A stretch of 32,000 nucleotides of DNA from Dickeya dadantii NCPPB 898 (GCF_000406145.1 NZ_CM001976.1:3834955-3866954), one strand, 5' to 3'. Shown: positions 1 through 11,278, counted from the first letter of the stretch. A program made the numbers and translations. The notes: generated from the letters alone by a model not told the origin.

Positions 1-213
1 GCCATTAGCCGCTATCAGAAAATGGCTAAATATTAATACCTTCAGGAAAGCAATTCAGGTCTGGCGCCGTTTGCCGAAGTCAGCATAACGGAGCAATCGT
101 CAGGCCGCCTTTACCAGGTGTATCGACTGGTTACACAACACGGGATCGACAAACCGGCACGGCGTGCCAGGCTGATAAAAAACGATGAAGCCGATGCGGC
201 TAACTCTATGACA

Positions 214-346
214 GGTCAGGGGAAAGTATATGGGTCGGGAGAAAGCATACGGGTCAGGGGAAAGCATATGGGTCGGGAGAAAGCATACGGGTCGGGAGAA
301 AGCATACGGGTCGGGAGAAAGTATATGGGTCGGGAGAAAGTATGTG
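214..346. repeat. Tandem array of seven head-to-tail 19-bp units (consensus GGTCGGGAGAAAGCATACG), followed by a degenerate eighth unit
   Basis: Read directly. Units occupy 214-232, 233-251, 252-270, 271-289, 290-308, 309-327 and 328-346. Units 2, 4 and 5 are identical; the others differ only by transitions. There are no spacers between units. Confidence 0.92.
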
Positions 347-353
347 GGATCAG

Positions 354-386
354 AAAAAAGCGTGCCGGGCCACAACGTGACCCGAC
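354..386 (-). terminator. Rho-independent terminator of fklB
   Basis: On the minus strand, GUCGGGUCAC / GUGGCCCGGC forms a 10-bp stem (two G-U pairs) with a short loop. ACG and then TTTTTT follow. The structure starts a few nt after the fklB stop. Confidence 0.65.
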
Positions 387-394
387 GGGGAAAC

Positions 395-1015
395 TTACAG
401 GATTTCCAGCAGTTCCACTTCAAAAATCAGCGTGCTGAACGGCGGGATAGATGCGCCTGCGCCACGTTCGCCATACGCCAGATTCTGAGGAATATAGAGC
501 TCCCATTTCGAACCGACCGGCATCAACGTCAGCGCTTCAATCCACCCCGGAATCACGCCGCTAACCGGGAATTCCGCCGGCTGGCCGCGCTGCACCGAGC
601 TGTCGAACACGGTGCCGTCAATCAGGCGACCGGTGTAGTGAACCCGAACCCGATCCTGACGCGCCGGGATCGCACCTTCGCCCTGCGTCAACACACGGAA
701 CTGCAGGCCGGTTTCGGTACTGCTAACGCCGTCTTTACCGGCATTGGCTTCCAGAAAGTTCTGGCCTTCCGCCGCCTGCTCACGCTGACGCTCAAGACGC
801 ACCGCATCCGCCCGCTCATGCACTTCACGCAACGCGCGATGTACCACATCAACCGGCACCACAGGCGCTTTTCCTGCCAGCGCATCGCACAGACCCGCCA
901 CCAGCGCATCGGGGATCAACCCCTCCAGGCCGGATTCCTGCAGTTGTTGACCAATCTGCAGGCCAATGCCGTAGCTTGCCTGCGCTTCGACGCTGTCATA
1001 AGAAGGCGTTGTCAT
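395..1015 (-). CDS. fklB: FKBP-type peptidyl-prolyl cis-trans isomerase FklB
   Basis: Taken from ORF 395..1054 using the internal Met. This gives [25 protein letters not shown]..., 206 aa, matching the enterobacterial FklB N-terminus and length. The C-terminal FKBP domain is present ([17 protein letters not shown]). The gene is divergent from ytfB as in E. coli. Confidence 0.93.
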   Translation of the reverse strand: MTTPSYDSVEAQASYGIGLQIGQQLQESGLEGLIPDALVAGLCDALAGKAPVVPVDVVHRALREVHERADAVRLERQREQAAEGQNFLEANAGKDGVSSTETGLQFRVLTQGEGAIPARQDRVRVHYTGRLIDGTVFDSSVQRGQPAEFPVSGVIPGWIEALTLMPVGSKWELYIPQNLAYGERGAGASIPPFSTLIFEVELLEIL

Positions 1016-1241
1016 GAATGTTCCTTTAATCTGTAAAATACGAAAACGCAGCATAGCAGTGAGTCGGTTAAGGGTAAAACGTTCTGTCGCGATCTCGCCG
1101 CCTCGCCGGCCGGCGGTGCGTCAAATCGCTCATGTTTGCGGCGTCGGAACCCAATGACGATGACCTTAACTGGTTATCTGCCGTTGATTACCGATATAAT
1201 TAGGTTGTTTTCACCTTTATACGGTTCTAAGAGAGGTCACC

Positions 1242-1949
1242 ATGGGCAGAATCGCGCCCAGGAGAAAGCAATCCACCTGGAATCACCTGACGCTATGGCA
1301 ATCCTGCCAGAACTGGCTGGCCCAATGGCGCCGACGCAAGGACATTCCCGGTGAACCGGAAGAAAGCGCAGACGAAGCGGAGACGGTTACCCCGGACCCC
1401 GCGCCACGCCGCCGGCATCGCAGACAGTCATCCTGGCTGCGGGCGCTTTGGCATCTGCCGGATGATTTCAGCTGGATGGAACCGCTGCCCTATTTTCACC
1501 GTCGTTGTATTCTGATTTTGCTGTGTTTGCTGTTGCTGGTGCTGTTGTGGCCGGTGTCCCCACCAGCTCCCGCGCCTTCCCGTCAGGTGGACGTGCCGCT
1601 CAGCTCGCAGACCGCGCCGATACAGGCGCAACTGGTGGACCCCGCTGCCACCGCCAGCCAGACGCCGCGCCCGGCGACGTCTGGCGCCAACTGGCAAGCC
1701 TATCAGATCGCGTCCGGCCAGACGCTGGCCCAGCTATTCCGCGACAACAACCTTCCCGTCAACGATGTCTTCGCCATGGCGCAGGTGGAGGGACAAAGCA
1801 AGCCGCTCAGCAATCTGCGGACCGGGCAAAAGGTCCGGTTGCAGCTCAATACGCAAGGTATGGTGAGCCAGCTTGAGATCGACACCCCGGACGGTCAACA
1901 GGTGCAGTTCGTTCGCCAGCAGGACGGTTCTTTCATTCGCATTCGCTGA
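1242..1949 (+). CDS. ytfB: YtfB-like OapA/LysM-type cell division protein
   Basis: The C-terminal part (GQTLAQLFRDNNLPVNDVFAMAQVEGQSKPLSNLRTGQKV...DGSFIRIR) closely parallels E. coli YtfB. It has a central TM segment (ILILLCLLLLVLLW). An AGAGAGG SD lies 5 nt before the ATG. Synteny with fklB supports the call. Confidence 0.85.
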   Translation: MGRIAPRRKQSTWNHLTLWQSCQNWLAQWRRRKDIPGEPEESADEAETVTPDPAPRRRHRRQSSWLRALWHLPDDFSWMEPLPYFHRRCILILLCLLLLVLLWPVSPPAPAPSRQVDVPLSSQTAPIQAQLVDPAATASQTPRPATSGANWQAYQIASGQTLAQLFRDNNLPVNDVFAMAQVEGQSKPLSNLRTGQKVRLQLNTQGMVSQLEIDTPDGQQVQFVRQQDGSFIRIR

Positions 1950-2307
1950 GCGCCGCCTGTTCCATCAGAAAATCACGCAACACCATCGCATGATTCCGCT
2001 CCGTATCCCGGCTGCCATACAGCAGGGTTATCGGCTGCGGCTGACGCAGTAACGCCACCAGCGGCCGCCACTCGGTATGCTGGCTCAGCTCCGCACGGTA
2101 CATCCCGACAAAGGTTTCCCATTCCACCGGATTAGCGTGAAACCAGCGCCGTAATTCATGGCCTGGCGCGACGTCTTTAAGCCAGACGACGCCGGGCAGA
2201 CGGCTTTTGGCGATGCCGCGCGGCCACAGTCGATCGACCAGAAACGTGGGGGAAGAAAAAGGGGGCTGCGCATCATAGACACGCATCAGTTGGACAGGCT
2301 TGCTCAT
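1933..2307 (-). CDS. DUF488 family protein (YeaO-like)
   Basis: 124 aa with RVYD...FLVDRLWPRGI...ELRRWFH...LLYGSRDTERNHAMVL, the pattern of YeaO/DUF488 proteins. Its 3' end overlaps the ytfB 3' end convergently by 17 bp. Confidence 0.8.
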   Translation of the reverse strand: MSKPVQLMRVYDAQPPFSSPTFLVDRLWPRGIAKSRLPGVVWLKDVAPGHELRRWFHANPVEWETFVGMYRAELSQHTEWRPLVALLRQPQPITLLYGSRDTERNHAMVLRDFLMEQAALSECE

Positions 2308-2370
2308 CTCGTATGTCGCTCAGTGATACACACAATTGATGATAGGCCGCTTTGGCTGGCTTACCAATGC

Positions 2371-2397
2371 AAAACGCTGGCACAAGGCCAGCGTTTT
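2371..2397 (-). terminator. Rho-independent (bidirectional-type) terminator after rplI
   Basis: Perfect 11-bp stem AAAACGCTGGC / GCCAGCGTTTT with a 5-nt loop. It has an A-run on one side and a T-run on the other, and lies 28 nt downstream of the rplI stop. Confidence 0.85.
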
Positions 2398-2424
2398 ACC
2401 TGTTGTGGTCAACCGAAGTAAAAC

Positions 2425-2886
<462 letters not shown>

Positions 2887-2915
2887 TCAAAGTCTCGTTA
2901 ATGGACAGTGGCCGA

Positions 2916-3468
<553 letters not shown>

Positions 3469-3473
3469 AACAA

Positions 3474-3884
<411 letters not shown>

Positions 3885-3906
3885 TTATTCAGCCTCCTGT
3901 CAGGGT

Positions 3907-3951
3907 CAGCCGCGGCCCATGGAAGCAAGGAACGTGTTGTGTGTACGGCTG
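3907..3951 (-). promoter_or_regulatory. Candidate structured rpsF 5' leader hairpin (S6:S18 autoregulatory leader position)
   Basis: On the minus strand, CAGCCG (RC of 3946-3951) and CGGCUG (RC of 3907-3912) close a long helix inside the roughly 95-nt 5' UTR. S6:S18 autoregulatory leaders are described for enterobacterial rpsF. Only the closing helix was verified by eye. Confidence 0.35.
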
Positions 3952-3967
3952 AAAAAAATGACGCGTA

Positions 3968-3996
3968 ATTATAATGACCACCATAAGGGAAAACAA
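3968..3996 (-). promoter_or_regulatory. Candidate sigma-70 promoter of the rpsF operon
   Basis: On the minus strand: TTGTTT (RC of 3991-3996), a 17-nt spacer, then a perfect TATAAT (RC of 3968-3973). It sits about 100 nt upstream of the rpsF ATG. Confidence 0.5.
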
Positions 3997-4039
3997 GCCG
4001 TATCGCCGATTTCCACCATGAGGAAACAGATAAAGGGGA

Positions 4040-4072
4040 CAGAAAAAGGAGAAATAGCCCGCCGGCAGCGGG
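4040..4072 (-). terminator. Possible terminator of yjfP
   Basis: On the minus strand, CCCGC-UGCCG-GCGGG forms a short GC hairpin followed by the T-rich CTATTTCTCCTTTTT. It begins about 15 nt after the yjfP stop. The stem is short. Confidence 0.4.
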
Positions 4073-4087
4073 TTAGAAGCGGGTAAA

Positions 4088-4840
4088 TCAAAGCGAGCGC
4101 GAGAAGAAATCCGCACCGGCCTGTAAAGCGGTCGGGGTGATTTTGTGGCCGATGCCGGCTTCGGTCAGGTAAGTCAGGCGCTGATGGGACTGGCGGGCGG
4201 TTAGTTCCCGGTACAATCGTTCGCTCTCCTGCGCCGGCACCAGTTCATCCGCCAGGCCGTGCCAGAGCAACAGCGGGCGGTCGGAAACGGTGTCCAGTTG
4301 ATGACGCACATCAAAGGGCGCGACCCGCTCAGCCAGCGCCTGTAACTGCGCCTGTGCGCCCGGTTCCTCCGGCGTTACCGGTGGAAACAGCGTCTGCGAC
4401 AGCGATGAAAAGTATCCGGAGCCCATAAAGCAGGCCGTAGCCCGCAGCCAGGGATATTGCGTCATGGCGGCCAGCGCGGTCATGCCGCCCATGGACGCGC
4501 CGCAAATCCCGACCCTATCTCCGTCAATCAATCCCTGTTCACGGCACCAGTCCAGATAGCCTGGCAATTCCCGAACATTATTAAGGAAAATATCCCAGAA
4601 ACAGCGCCAGCGGCGTGCCTCATCGCCGTCAAACCGTGCGCCATGCATCAACGCATCCGGCGCGATAACGCGGAACCCGGCCTGCGCCAGCGCGTAGGGG
4701 AAATACGCGTAAACCTCCTTCGACGAGGTATAGCCATGAAAGAAGAAAATGGTTGGCAACGGTCGCGTTCTGCCGCCGGATGGAAAAGCGTGCAGCACCT
4801 CTATCCCTGAAACATTTTCACTACCCATTTCTACCATCAT
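4088..4840 (-). CDS. yjfP: Alpha/beta hydrolase esterase YjfP
   Basis: 250 aa. It is collinear with E. coli YjfP: FFHGYTSSKEVYAYF..ALAQAGFRVIAPDA..HG, nucleophile elbow GASMGG, LLLWHG..DELVP, and a C-terminal H in GHKITPTAL. Confidence 0.88.
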   Translation of the reverse strand: MMVEMGSENVSGIEVLHAFPSGGRTRPLPTIFFFHGYTSSKEVYAYFPYALAQAGFRVIAPDALMHGARFDGDEARRWRCFWDIFLNNVRELPGYLDWCREQGLIDGDRVGICGASMGGMTALAAMTQYPWLRATACFMGSGYFSSLSQTLFPPVTPEEPGAQAQLQALAERVAPFDVRHQLDTVSDRPLLLWHGLADELVPAQESERLYRELTARQSHQRLTYLTEAGIGHKITPTALQAGADFFSRSL

Positions 4841-4990
4841 CGCCCTCTTTCCTTTGTTGATTGACAGGTAAAACCGTAAAAAACGCCTACAATTATTCTG
4901 TATATCATTTAACCATCAGTAACACTCAACACACAAAAAAATATATCGCAATGATCTCAATCAAATTAGTTACAAAAGCATCAATTAGTG

Positions 4991-5017
4991 TAAAATTTCG
5001 CACTTTTTTGCCGTTAA
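4991..5017 (+). promoter_or_regulatory. Sigma-28 (FliA) class promoter for the downstream MCP gene
   Basis: TAAAATTT (4991-4998), an 11-nt spacer, then GCCGTTAA (5010-5017). The consensus is TAAAGTTT-N11-GCCGATAA, so there is one mismatch per element. It lies 48 nt upstream of the MCP ATG in an AT-rich intergenic region. Confidence 0.75.
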
Positions 5018-5064
5018 CGGCATTAGTCACTCCCTAATAATGTCCCACAATAAAGAGAATTATC

Positions 5065-7005
5065 ATGCAGCTTGCTTTTAGACGCTGGAGCCTCGGTGTC
5101 AAACTTTCAGTTATCGCCTCCCTGAGTGTGGCTGTGCTGTTTATCGCATTCAGCCTCAGCCTGACGCGCTCGGCCGGTGAGAAACTGGAATCATTGACAA
5201 TGCATGACATGGAAAGTCAGGTTACGGGTATTACAGATATGATCGGCATGTACGACACCAGCCTGCAGGCCAGCGTCGACAGCTATACCAATCTGTTTGC
5301 CAGCTTTCTTCCTTCTCGTTTTACCGTGGACAATCAGGCACGTCTGCCCATCAGCGGCACGACCGCGCCGACCCTGAAGTCCGGTGATACCGTCCTCAAC
5401 ATGAACACCGCCGTCACCGACGACTTTCTCAGCCGCACCGGCGCTATTTCTACCATTTTCGTGCGCGACGGCGACGACTTCGTGCGTATCACCACCTCGC
5501 TCAAAAAAGAGGACGGCTCGCGCGCCATCGGCACCAAACTGGATCGCGCCAGCCCGGCGTTCGCTCCCGTCTCCGGCAACAAGTCCTTCAGCGGCTTAGC
5601 GGTGCTGTTCGGCAAACAATACATCACCCAGTACAAACCGGTCACCGATGCCAGCGGCAGCGTGATCGCCATTCTGTTCGTGGGGATTGATATCAGCAAA
5701 GAATTTGCCCAGATGCAAAAACGTATTCTGGATAAGCGTATCGGCGACAGCGGCCACTTTGTCGTGCTCAGCAAAGCTGGCGCGACGGCCGGCGCGTATC
5801 TGGTGCACCCGACGCTGGCCGGGCAAAAACCGGACTGGTCTGGCGATGTGCTGCAACAGGTGCTGAAAAACGACAGCGGCAGGCTGGAATACGATGATAA
5901 CAGCCTGAGCGGCGATGACCGTACCCAGGTGATGGTGTATCGCAGCGTACCGCAGTGGAAATGGGTCGTCGTCGGCACTATCAGCAAGGCCAGCCTGCTG
6001 GCGGAAATCAAGACGATCCGCAATCTGTTTCTGGGCGGCGGCATCGCGCTGGTGGTGCTGTTTGCCGTGTTCTTTGTCTACCTGACCCGCCGCTGGCTGA
6101 GCCGGCCGCTGGATGAAGTGGTTAAAGTGGCGGAACAGTTCGCCGCCGGCAACCTGCAGGCGACGCTGACCACCAACAGTCAGGACGAAGTCGGACGGCT
6201 GGTGGACGCCATCAACAGTATGGGCCACGGCCTGACCCGACTGGTGTCTCAGGTGCGCGACGCCGCGGAAGAGATCGCCGCCGGGACTGACGCGCTGGCC
6301 GAAGACAGCGGCAACATCAGCGAGCAGATATCCCGTCAGGCCAGCAGCGTGGAAGAAACCTCTGCGACGATGGAACAGTTGTCCTCGACGGTGAAACAGA
6401 ATGCCGACAACGTCTCCTCCGCCAAAGGGCTGGCGGCGGAAAGCGCCAGCGCGGCGCAAAACGGCAGCAAAACGGTGGCGGACTCGGTGGAAACCATGAG
6501 TGAAATTAAGCGCTCGTCGCAAAAGATCGCCGATATCACCACCACCATCCAGTCTATCGCTTTCCAGACCAACATTCTGGCGCTCAACGCGGCGGTGGAA
6601 GCCTCGCGCGCCGGCGAACACGGTAAAGGCTTCGCCGTGGTCGCCGCCGAAGTCCGCTCGCTGGCCCAGCGCAGTTCCTCGGCGGTGAAGGAAATCGAGG
6701 CGCTGATTGCCGAATCATTGCATCAGATCGAAACCGGCTACCGTTTCTCGGAAAAAACCCGTTCGGTAATGGACGATCTGCTGCACCGCATCCAGCAGGT
6801 CAGCACTATCGTCAATGACATTGATATCGCCTCGCGCGAGCAGTCGCTGGGAATCGAACAGGTTAACGTGGCTATCAACCAGATTGGGCAGGCCATCAAC
6901 CAGAACGCCTCGCTGGTGCAAAACTCGGAAAGCACCGCGCAAGGGTTACGCGAAAAAGGCCACCATCTGAGCGATGTGGTCAGCGTGTTCCGCATCCATC
7001 CCTGA
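5065..7005 (+). CDS. Methyl-accepting chemotaxis protein with a large (about 290 aa) Cache-type periplasmic domain
   Basis: Two TM segments flank a periplasmic region containing [33 protein letters not shown] (Cache_3-Cache_2 style). A HAMP region follows, then the highly conserved signalling hairpin [40 protein letters not shown]. There is no C-terminal NWETF-type pentapeptide. Confidence 0.95.
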   Translation: MQLAFRRWSLGVKLSVIASLSVAVLFIAFSLSLTRSAGEKLESLTMHDMESQVTGITDMIGMYDTSLQASVDSYTNLFASFLPSRFTVDNQARLPISGTTAPTLKSGDTVLNMNTAVTDDFLSRTGAISTIFVRDGDDFVRITTSLKKEDGSRAIGTKLDRASPAFAPVSGNKSFSGLAVLFGKQYITQYKPVTDASGSVIAILFVGIDISKEFAQMQKRILDKRIGDSGHFVVLSKAGATAGAYLVHPTLAGQKPDWSGDVLQQVLKNDSGRLEYDDNSLSGDDRTQVMVYRSVPQWKWVVVGTISKASLLAEIKTIRNLFLGGGIALVVLFAVFFVYLTRRWLSRPLDEVVKVAEQFAAGNLQATLTTNSQDEVGRLVDAINSMGHGLTRLVSQVRDAAEEIAAGTDALAEDSGNISEQISRQASSVEETSATMEQLSSTVKQNADNVSSAKGLAAESASAAQNGSKTVADSVETMSEIKRSSQKIADITTTIQSIAFQTNILALNAAVEASRAGEHGKGFAVVAAEVRSLAQRSSSAVKEIEALIAESLHQIETGYRFSEKTRSVMDDLLHRIQQVSTIVNDIDIASREQSLGIEQVNVAINQIGQAINQNASLVQNSESTAQGLREKGHHLSDVVSVFRIHP

Positions 7006-7015
7006 TCGTTTCATC

Positions 7016-7040
7016 ACCTCTGCCGGCCGCCGGCAGAGGT
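7016..7040 (+). terminator. Stem-loop downstream of the MCP gene (terminator-like, no clear U-tract)
   Basis: Perfect 11-bp stem ACCTCTGCCGG / CCGGCAGAGGT with a 3-nt loop, starting 11 nt after the stop. A second small hairpin CCGC-TTCG-GCGG follows. A T-run is lacking. Confidence 0.5.
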
Positions 7041-7143
7041 CCGCTTCGGCGGGTTATCCTCCGTTACATGCCAGCAGTATCCCTGTTTGCCTCAAGGGGT
7101 TACACTACCTCTACCCTGTACCGGACTGACCGGAACACCACCT

Positions 7144-7539
7144 ATGACACGCCCATCATGGCTATTAAGCGCTCCGCCGTTGAACCGAGTGTTGCTGAGC
7201 CTCGTACTGTCGATGTCGATCGGCGGCTGTACGCTACTGGCCGGTAAGCCGGTCCCGCCGCCGCCGCCCGCGGAACAGGCGGTCGAAGTGTCCAGAGAAC
7301 AGAGCTATCTGCTGGAAAAAGCCGGTTCGGTTTCGGTGGATGTACGCGGCAGTCTGGATGATGCGGTACGGGAAATACAACGTCAGGCCAATGCACGCGG
7401 CATGCCTTATTACCGGGTGGTCAGCCTGACGGAAGACGAACATGTGCGACGGGATAGCTGGCGCGGCTATGCAATCTTCTATCGACCGCAGCCTGCCGCC
7501 GACCGCCCCTTGAACCAACCGGCCAAATCAGTGCCCTAA
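7144..7539 (+). CDS. bsmA: BsmA/YjfO-like DUF1471 lipoprotein
   Basis: Lipobox-like SIGGC. The C-terminal part (GSVSVDVRGSLDDAVREIQRQANARGMPYYRVVSLTEDE...WRGYAIFYR) parallels E. coli BsmA. It neighbours yjfP as in E. coli. The start is uncertain: ATG at 7144, or TTG at 7180 giving MNRVLLSLVLSMSIGGC. Confidence 0.7.
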   Translation: MTRPSWLLSAPPLNRVLLSLVLSMSIGGCTLLAGKPVPPPPPAEQAVEVSREQSYLLEKAGSVSVDVRGSLDDAVREIQRQANARGMPYYRVVSLTEDEHVRRDSWRGYAIFYRPQPAADRPLNQPAKSVP

Positions 7540-7558
7540 AGAGATTGAGAGGATAAGG

Positions 7559-7834
7559 ATGAAAACAAAGATTGCCGCCATCGCCCTGTTACTGCTGACA
7601 ACCGGCGCTAGCGGCGTGGCAGCGGCCTCAGAATACCCGTGCCGCAGCCCGGAATGGAATGTCTGGGTCGAAATGCAGGTGAATACCCGCGGGCTGCTGG
7701 GCGATGTCGAAGTGGGTTCGCTGGTCTGGCAACAGGCGGTGGAAAGCCGACTGCCTGCGGCGTCCTGGCCATCGCGTAATTCGGTGCTGTGGTGCGCGGC
7801 CGTAGAACAGAAACTCGCCGGCCTGAAAAAATAA
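7559..7834 (+). CDS. Small secreted hypothetical protein (91 aa, signal peptide, two Cys, Trp-rich)
   Basis: An AAGGA sequence lies immediately upstream of the ATG. The N-terminus MKTKIAAIALLLLTTGASGVAAA/SEY is a typical Sec signal peptide. I recognise no family. Confidence 0.6.
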   Translation: MKTKIAAIALLLLTTGASGVAAASEYPCRSPEWNVWVEMQVNTRGLLGDVEVGSLVWQQAVESRLPAASWPSRNSVLWCAAVEQKLAGLKK

Positions 7835-7858
7835 CGCCTGTCCGACACCTGATAGCAG

Positions 7859-7919
7859 CAGGGCAACCCGCCTCGGTTGCCCTGTCAATCAGGCACCATA
7901 CCTGATGCCGGTTTCTTTT
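7859..7919. terminator. Two hairpins between the convergent 7559-ORF and rlmB
   Basis: Perfect 10-bp stem CAGGGCAACC / GGTTGCCCTG (7859-7884, 6-nt loop). A second stem ATCAGG / CCTGAT (7888-7906) is followed by GCCGGTTTCTTTT on the plus strand. Confidence 0.5.
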
Positions 7920-7937
7920 AGCGCGCCTGCGCCATGA

Positions 7938-8672
7938 TTACGCCTGACGCTGGCGTACCGCTTCGAACAGGCAAACCCCCGTGGCGACCGACACGTTCAG
8001 CGACGACACGCTGCCCGCCATCGGAATGCTGATCAGTTCATCGCAATGCTCGCGGGTCAAACGACGCATCCCTTCCCCTTCAGCCCCCATCACCAGCGCC
8101 AGCGGGCCGGTGAGCTTGCTCTGATACAGGGTGTGATCCGCTTCGCCCGCCGTACCGACGATCCAGACGTTTTGCTCCTGCAGGAAACGCAGCGTTCGCG
8201 CCAGATTGGTCACACGAATCAGCGGCACGGTTTCCGCCGCGCCGCAGGCGACCTTTTTCGCGGTGGCGTTAAGCTGGGCGGAACGATCGCGCGGTACAAT
8301 TACCGCGTGCACCCCCGCCGCGTCGGCGCTGCGCAGGCAGGCTCCCAGATTGTGCGGGTCGGTCACGCCGTCCAGCACCAACAGGAATGGGGTATCCAGC
8401 GATGCCAGCAGCCCCGGCAGGTCGTTTTCCTGATACTGACGCCCTTCTTTCACCCGGGCGACAATCCCCTGATGCACCGCGCCTTCCACCTTGTCGTCCA
8501 GCCACTGGCGGTTGGCGACCTGCACCGCGATGCCGTTGGCTTCCAGCTCAGCGATCAACGGCTGCAGGCGGCGGTCCTCACGTCCTTTAAGGGTGAACAC
8601 TTCCAGAAAACGTTGGGGGTCTTGCTCCAGCAGCGCTTTCACCGCATGGATGCCGTAAATAATTTCGCTCAT
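7938..8672 (-). CDS. rlmB: 23S rRNA (guanosine2251-2'-O)-methyltransferase RlmB
   Basis: 244 aa beginning [16 protein letters not shown]. The SpoU/TrmH motifs are present ([52 protein letters not shown]). It lies downstream of rnr as in E. coli. Confidence 0.96.
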   Translation of the reverse strand: MSEIIYGIHAVKALLEQDPQRFLEVFTLKGREDRRLQPLIAELEANGIAVQVANRQWLDDKVEGAVHQGIVARVKEGRQYQENDLPGLLASLDTPFLLVLDGVTDPHNLGACLRSADAAGVHAVIVPRDRSAQLNATAKKVACGAAETVPLIRVTNLARTLRFLQEQNVWIVGTAGEADHTLYQSKLTGPLALVMGAEGEGMRRLTREHCDELISIPMAGSVSSLNVSVATGVCLFEAVRQRQA

Positions 8673-8748
8673 TAATACTCTTCAAAAATACGCTTCAAAC
8701 AGGTTAACGGGGCAGCCGGCCCGGCTGCCCATGATACGGATGCGAGGA

Positions 8749-11238
8749 TCAGGCGGGCTCCGCCGGTTTCTTCTTTTTGCTGGCGCGCTTGGCGCGAGTA
8801 GCGGCTGCAATTTTACGCGTTTTTTCGGCGTTCTTTTGCGGTTTTGCCGTCTTCTTCCGGCCACCGGTTTTCGCTTTATCTTTATCCTTGCCCTTGCCGG
8901 CACCGGCTGGCTGACGCTTGCCGTCACCCTCGCTACGGAATGCGCTATCCGGCTCAAAGTTGGCGCGCTGACCGGAACGGCGACGGCGCGGCGGTTTTGC
9001 GTCCGCCTCGCCGCCTTTCTTCGCCCGATCGCGTGCGGTTTTACCTTCGCCGCGCACCTTACGGGTGGAAGACAGCAGCGCAAAATCGATCTTGCGTTCA
9101 TCCATATGCACGGCCTCAACGCGAATCTGCACTTCGTCCCCCAGCCGGTACACCTGACCACGGGATTCGCCGATCAACCGCTGGCCGACATTGTCATAAC
9201 GATAATAGTCGTTATCCAGCGTCGAAACATGAACCAGACCGTCGATAAACAGGTCGTTGAGACGCACAAAGAAGCCAAAACCGGTGACGCTGGAGATAAT
9301 ACCGGTAAAAGCTTCGCCGACATGATCCTGCATGAAGTCGCACTTCAGCCAGTCGGCTACGTCGCGCGTGGCTTCATCGGCCCGGCGTTCGGTCATCGAA
9401 CAGTGTTCACCCAGTTGCAGCATCTCGTTGAAATCCGAATGCCAGCCGCCGCTGTGCGTCCAGCGGGCTTTGCGGTCGCTGAGCAGGTACTTGATGGCGC
9501 GATGCAGCGACAGATCCGGGTAACGCCGAATCGGCGAGGTGAAGTGCGCGTACGAGGTCAGCGCCAGGCCAAAATGACCGCGATTTTCGGGGTCGTACAC
9601 CGCCTGTTTCATCGAACGCAGCAGCATGGTTTGCAGCATTTCGTGATCCGGCCTGTCGGCGATGGAATCCATCAGTTCGGCATAGTCTTTTGGCTGCGGT
9701 TTCATGCCGCCTTTCAGCGTCAGCCCCAGTTCGCCGAGTACGCTGCGCAGCGCCAGCACATGATCCTCGCTGGGCTGGTCATGCACACGGAACAGCGCCG
9801 GTTCTTCGCTCTTCTCGACAAACTTCGCCGCCGAGATGTTGGCCAGAATCATGCATTCTTCAATCAGCTTGTGCGCGTCGTTGCGCACCACCGCTTCCAC
9901 CCGCTCGATGCGGCGTTCGGCGTTGAAGATAAATTTGGCTTCTTCGGTTTCAAAAGCGATGCCGCCGCGCACCTCACGGGCATGATCCAGTACCTTGTAC
10001 AGCCGGTGCAGCTCTTCCAGCGGCGCGACCAGCGGCTGGTAATGCTCGCGCAGCACCTCGTCGCCCTGCAGAATGCTCCACACCTTGGTATAGGTGAGGC
10101 GGGCATGCGAACTCATTACCGCTTCATAGAATTTATAGCCGGACAGTTTCCCTTGGGTGGAAACCGTCATTTCGCACACCATACACAGGCGATCCACCTG
10201 CGGGTTGAGCGAACACAGTCCGTTGGAAAGCACTTCCGGCAGCATCGGCACCACCTGCGACGGGAAGTAGACCGAAGTGCCGCGCGCGCGGGCTTCATGG
10301 TCCAGCGCCGTGCCGGGACGCACGTAGTAGCTGACGTCGGCGATTGCCACCCACAGCCGCCAGCCGCCGCCGCGTTTCTTCTCACAGTACACGGCATCGT
10401 CAAAATCGCGCGCGTCTTCGCCGTCGATGGTGACCAGCGGCAGAGAACGCAGATCCACCCGGCCTTTCTTGGCGTCTTCCGGCACCTCGTCCGCAAGGTC
10501 GCCAACCTGCTCTTCCACTTTGGGCGGCCAGCTGTGCGGAATCTCATGGGTACGCAGCGCGATATCCACCGCCAGCCCGGTGCCCATGTTGTCGCCGAGG
10601 ATCTCCACGATCTTGCCGATAGCCTTGGTACGACGAGTCGCGCGCTGGGTCAGTTCCACCACGACCACCGACCCCATACGGGCGCCGGCGATAAATTCCG
10701 GCGGGATCAGGATGTCGAAGCTCAGCCGGCTGTCGTCCGGCACGACGAAGCCGGTGCCGGCCTCGGTGAAATAACGCCCGACGATCTGGCTGGTGCGGGG
10801 TTCCAGAATACGCACGATGCGCCCTTCACGGCGCCCTCTGCGGTCTTCGCCCAACGGCTGGGCCAGCACCACGTCGCCATGAATCACCGTTTTCATCTGT
10901 TCGGCGGAGAGGTAAAGATCGTCTTTACGCCCTTCCACCCGCAGGAAACCGTAGCCATCGCGGTGGCCAAGCACCGTACCGCGCAGCAGATCCAGCTTTT
11001 CAGGCAGCGCATAGCACTGGCGGCGGGTAAACACCAACTGCCCATCGCGCTCCATAGCGCGCAACCGGCGGCGCAGGGCTTCCAGTTGCTCATCGTTGGT
11101 CAGTTGCAGGTCGGAGGCCAGTTCCTCACGGCTGATCGGCGTGTCCCGTTTTGCCAGATGCTCAAGAATGTACTCGCGGCTGGGAATAGGAAATTCGTAT
11201 TTTTCTGCTTCGCGTTCCAGAAACGGATCTTGTGACAT
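8749..11238 (-). CDS. rnr: Ribonuclease R
   Basis: The internal Met of ORF 8749..11286 gives [28 protein letters not shown]..., collinear with E. coli RNase R. It has an RNB domain, an S1 domain and a Lys/Arg-rich C-terminal tail. A GGAGGAAC SD precedes this ATG (RC of 11236-11238). Confidence 0.97.
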   Translation of the reverse strand: MSQDPFLEREAEKYEFPIPSREYILEHLAKRDTPISREELASDLQLTNDEQLEALRRRLRAMERDGQLVFTRRQCYALPEKLDLLRGTVLGHRDGYGFLRVEGRKDDLYLSAEQMKTVIHGDVVLAQPLGEDRRGRREGRIVRILEPRTSQIVGRYFTEAGTGFVVPDDSRLSFDILIPPEFIAGARMGSVVVVELTQRATRRTKAIGKIVEILGDNMGTGLAVDIALRTHEIPHSWPPKVEEQVGDLADEVPEDAKKGRVDLRSLPLVTIDGEDARDFDDAVYCEKKRGGGWRLWVAIADVSYYVRPGTALDHEARARGTSVYFPSQVVPMLPEVLSNGLCSLNPQVDRLCMVCEMTVSTQGKLSGYKFYEAVMSSHARLTYTKVWSILQGDEVLREHYQPLVAPLEELHRLYKVLDHAREVRGGIAFETEEAKFIFNAERRIERVEAVVRNDAHKLIEECMILANISAAKFVEKSEEPALFRVHDQPSEDHVLALRSVLGELGLTLKGGMKPQPKDYAELMDSIADRPDHEMLQTMLLRSMKQAVYDPENRGHFGLALTSYAHFTSPIRRYPDLSLHRAIKYLLSDRKARWTHSGGWHSDFNEMLQLGEHCSMTERRADEATRDVADWLKCDFMQDHVGEAFTGIISSVTGFGFFVRLNDLFIDGLVHVSTLDNDYYRYDNVGQRLIGESRGQVYRLGDEVQIRVEAVHMDERKIDFALLSSTRKVRGEGKTARDRAKKGGEADAKPPRRRRSGQRANFEPDSAFRSEGDGKRQPAGAGKGKDKDKAKTGGRKKTAKPQKNAEKTRKIAAATRAKRASKKKKPAEPA

Positions 11239-11278
11239 TGCGGTTCCTCCGTTGTCATCAGCAGGCGGCTGAACAAGC

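Noticed and set aside
1-36. Possible 3' end of a plus-strand gene (…AISRYQKMAKY*)
   Set aside because: Only 11 codons are visible, so it cannot be identified or supported.
214-346. Possible CRISPR array
   Set aside because: The units are directly adjacent with no spacers, the 19-bp unit is too short, and there are no cas genes. It is a simple tandem repeat.
100-1036. ORFs 100..423(-), 118..438(+) and 230..1036(+) with repetitive peptides (GSGESIRV/GREKAY...)
   Set aside because: The repetitive peptide is simply the 19-bp tandem DNA repeat read in frame. 230..1036 then runs antisense through fklB. They have no RBS support.
8731-11235. 834-aa ORF on the plus strand, plus other long ORFs (5596..6621-, 12677..13627-, 15394..16170-, 21253..22572-, 22817..24694+, 27146..28441+, 28904..29893+, 30068..31531+)
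   Set aside because: Each lies antisense to a gene with unmistakable homology (rnr, MCPs, codA, hemW, lplT, GH1s, PTS). Their translations are Arg/Gly/Ala/His-rich and low in complexity. These are typical GC-driven shadow ORFs.
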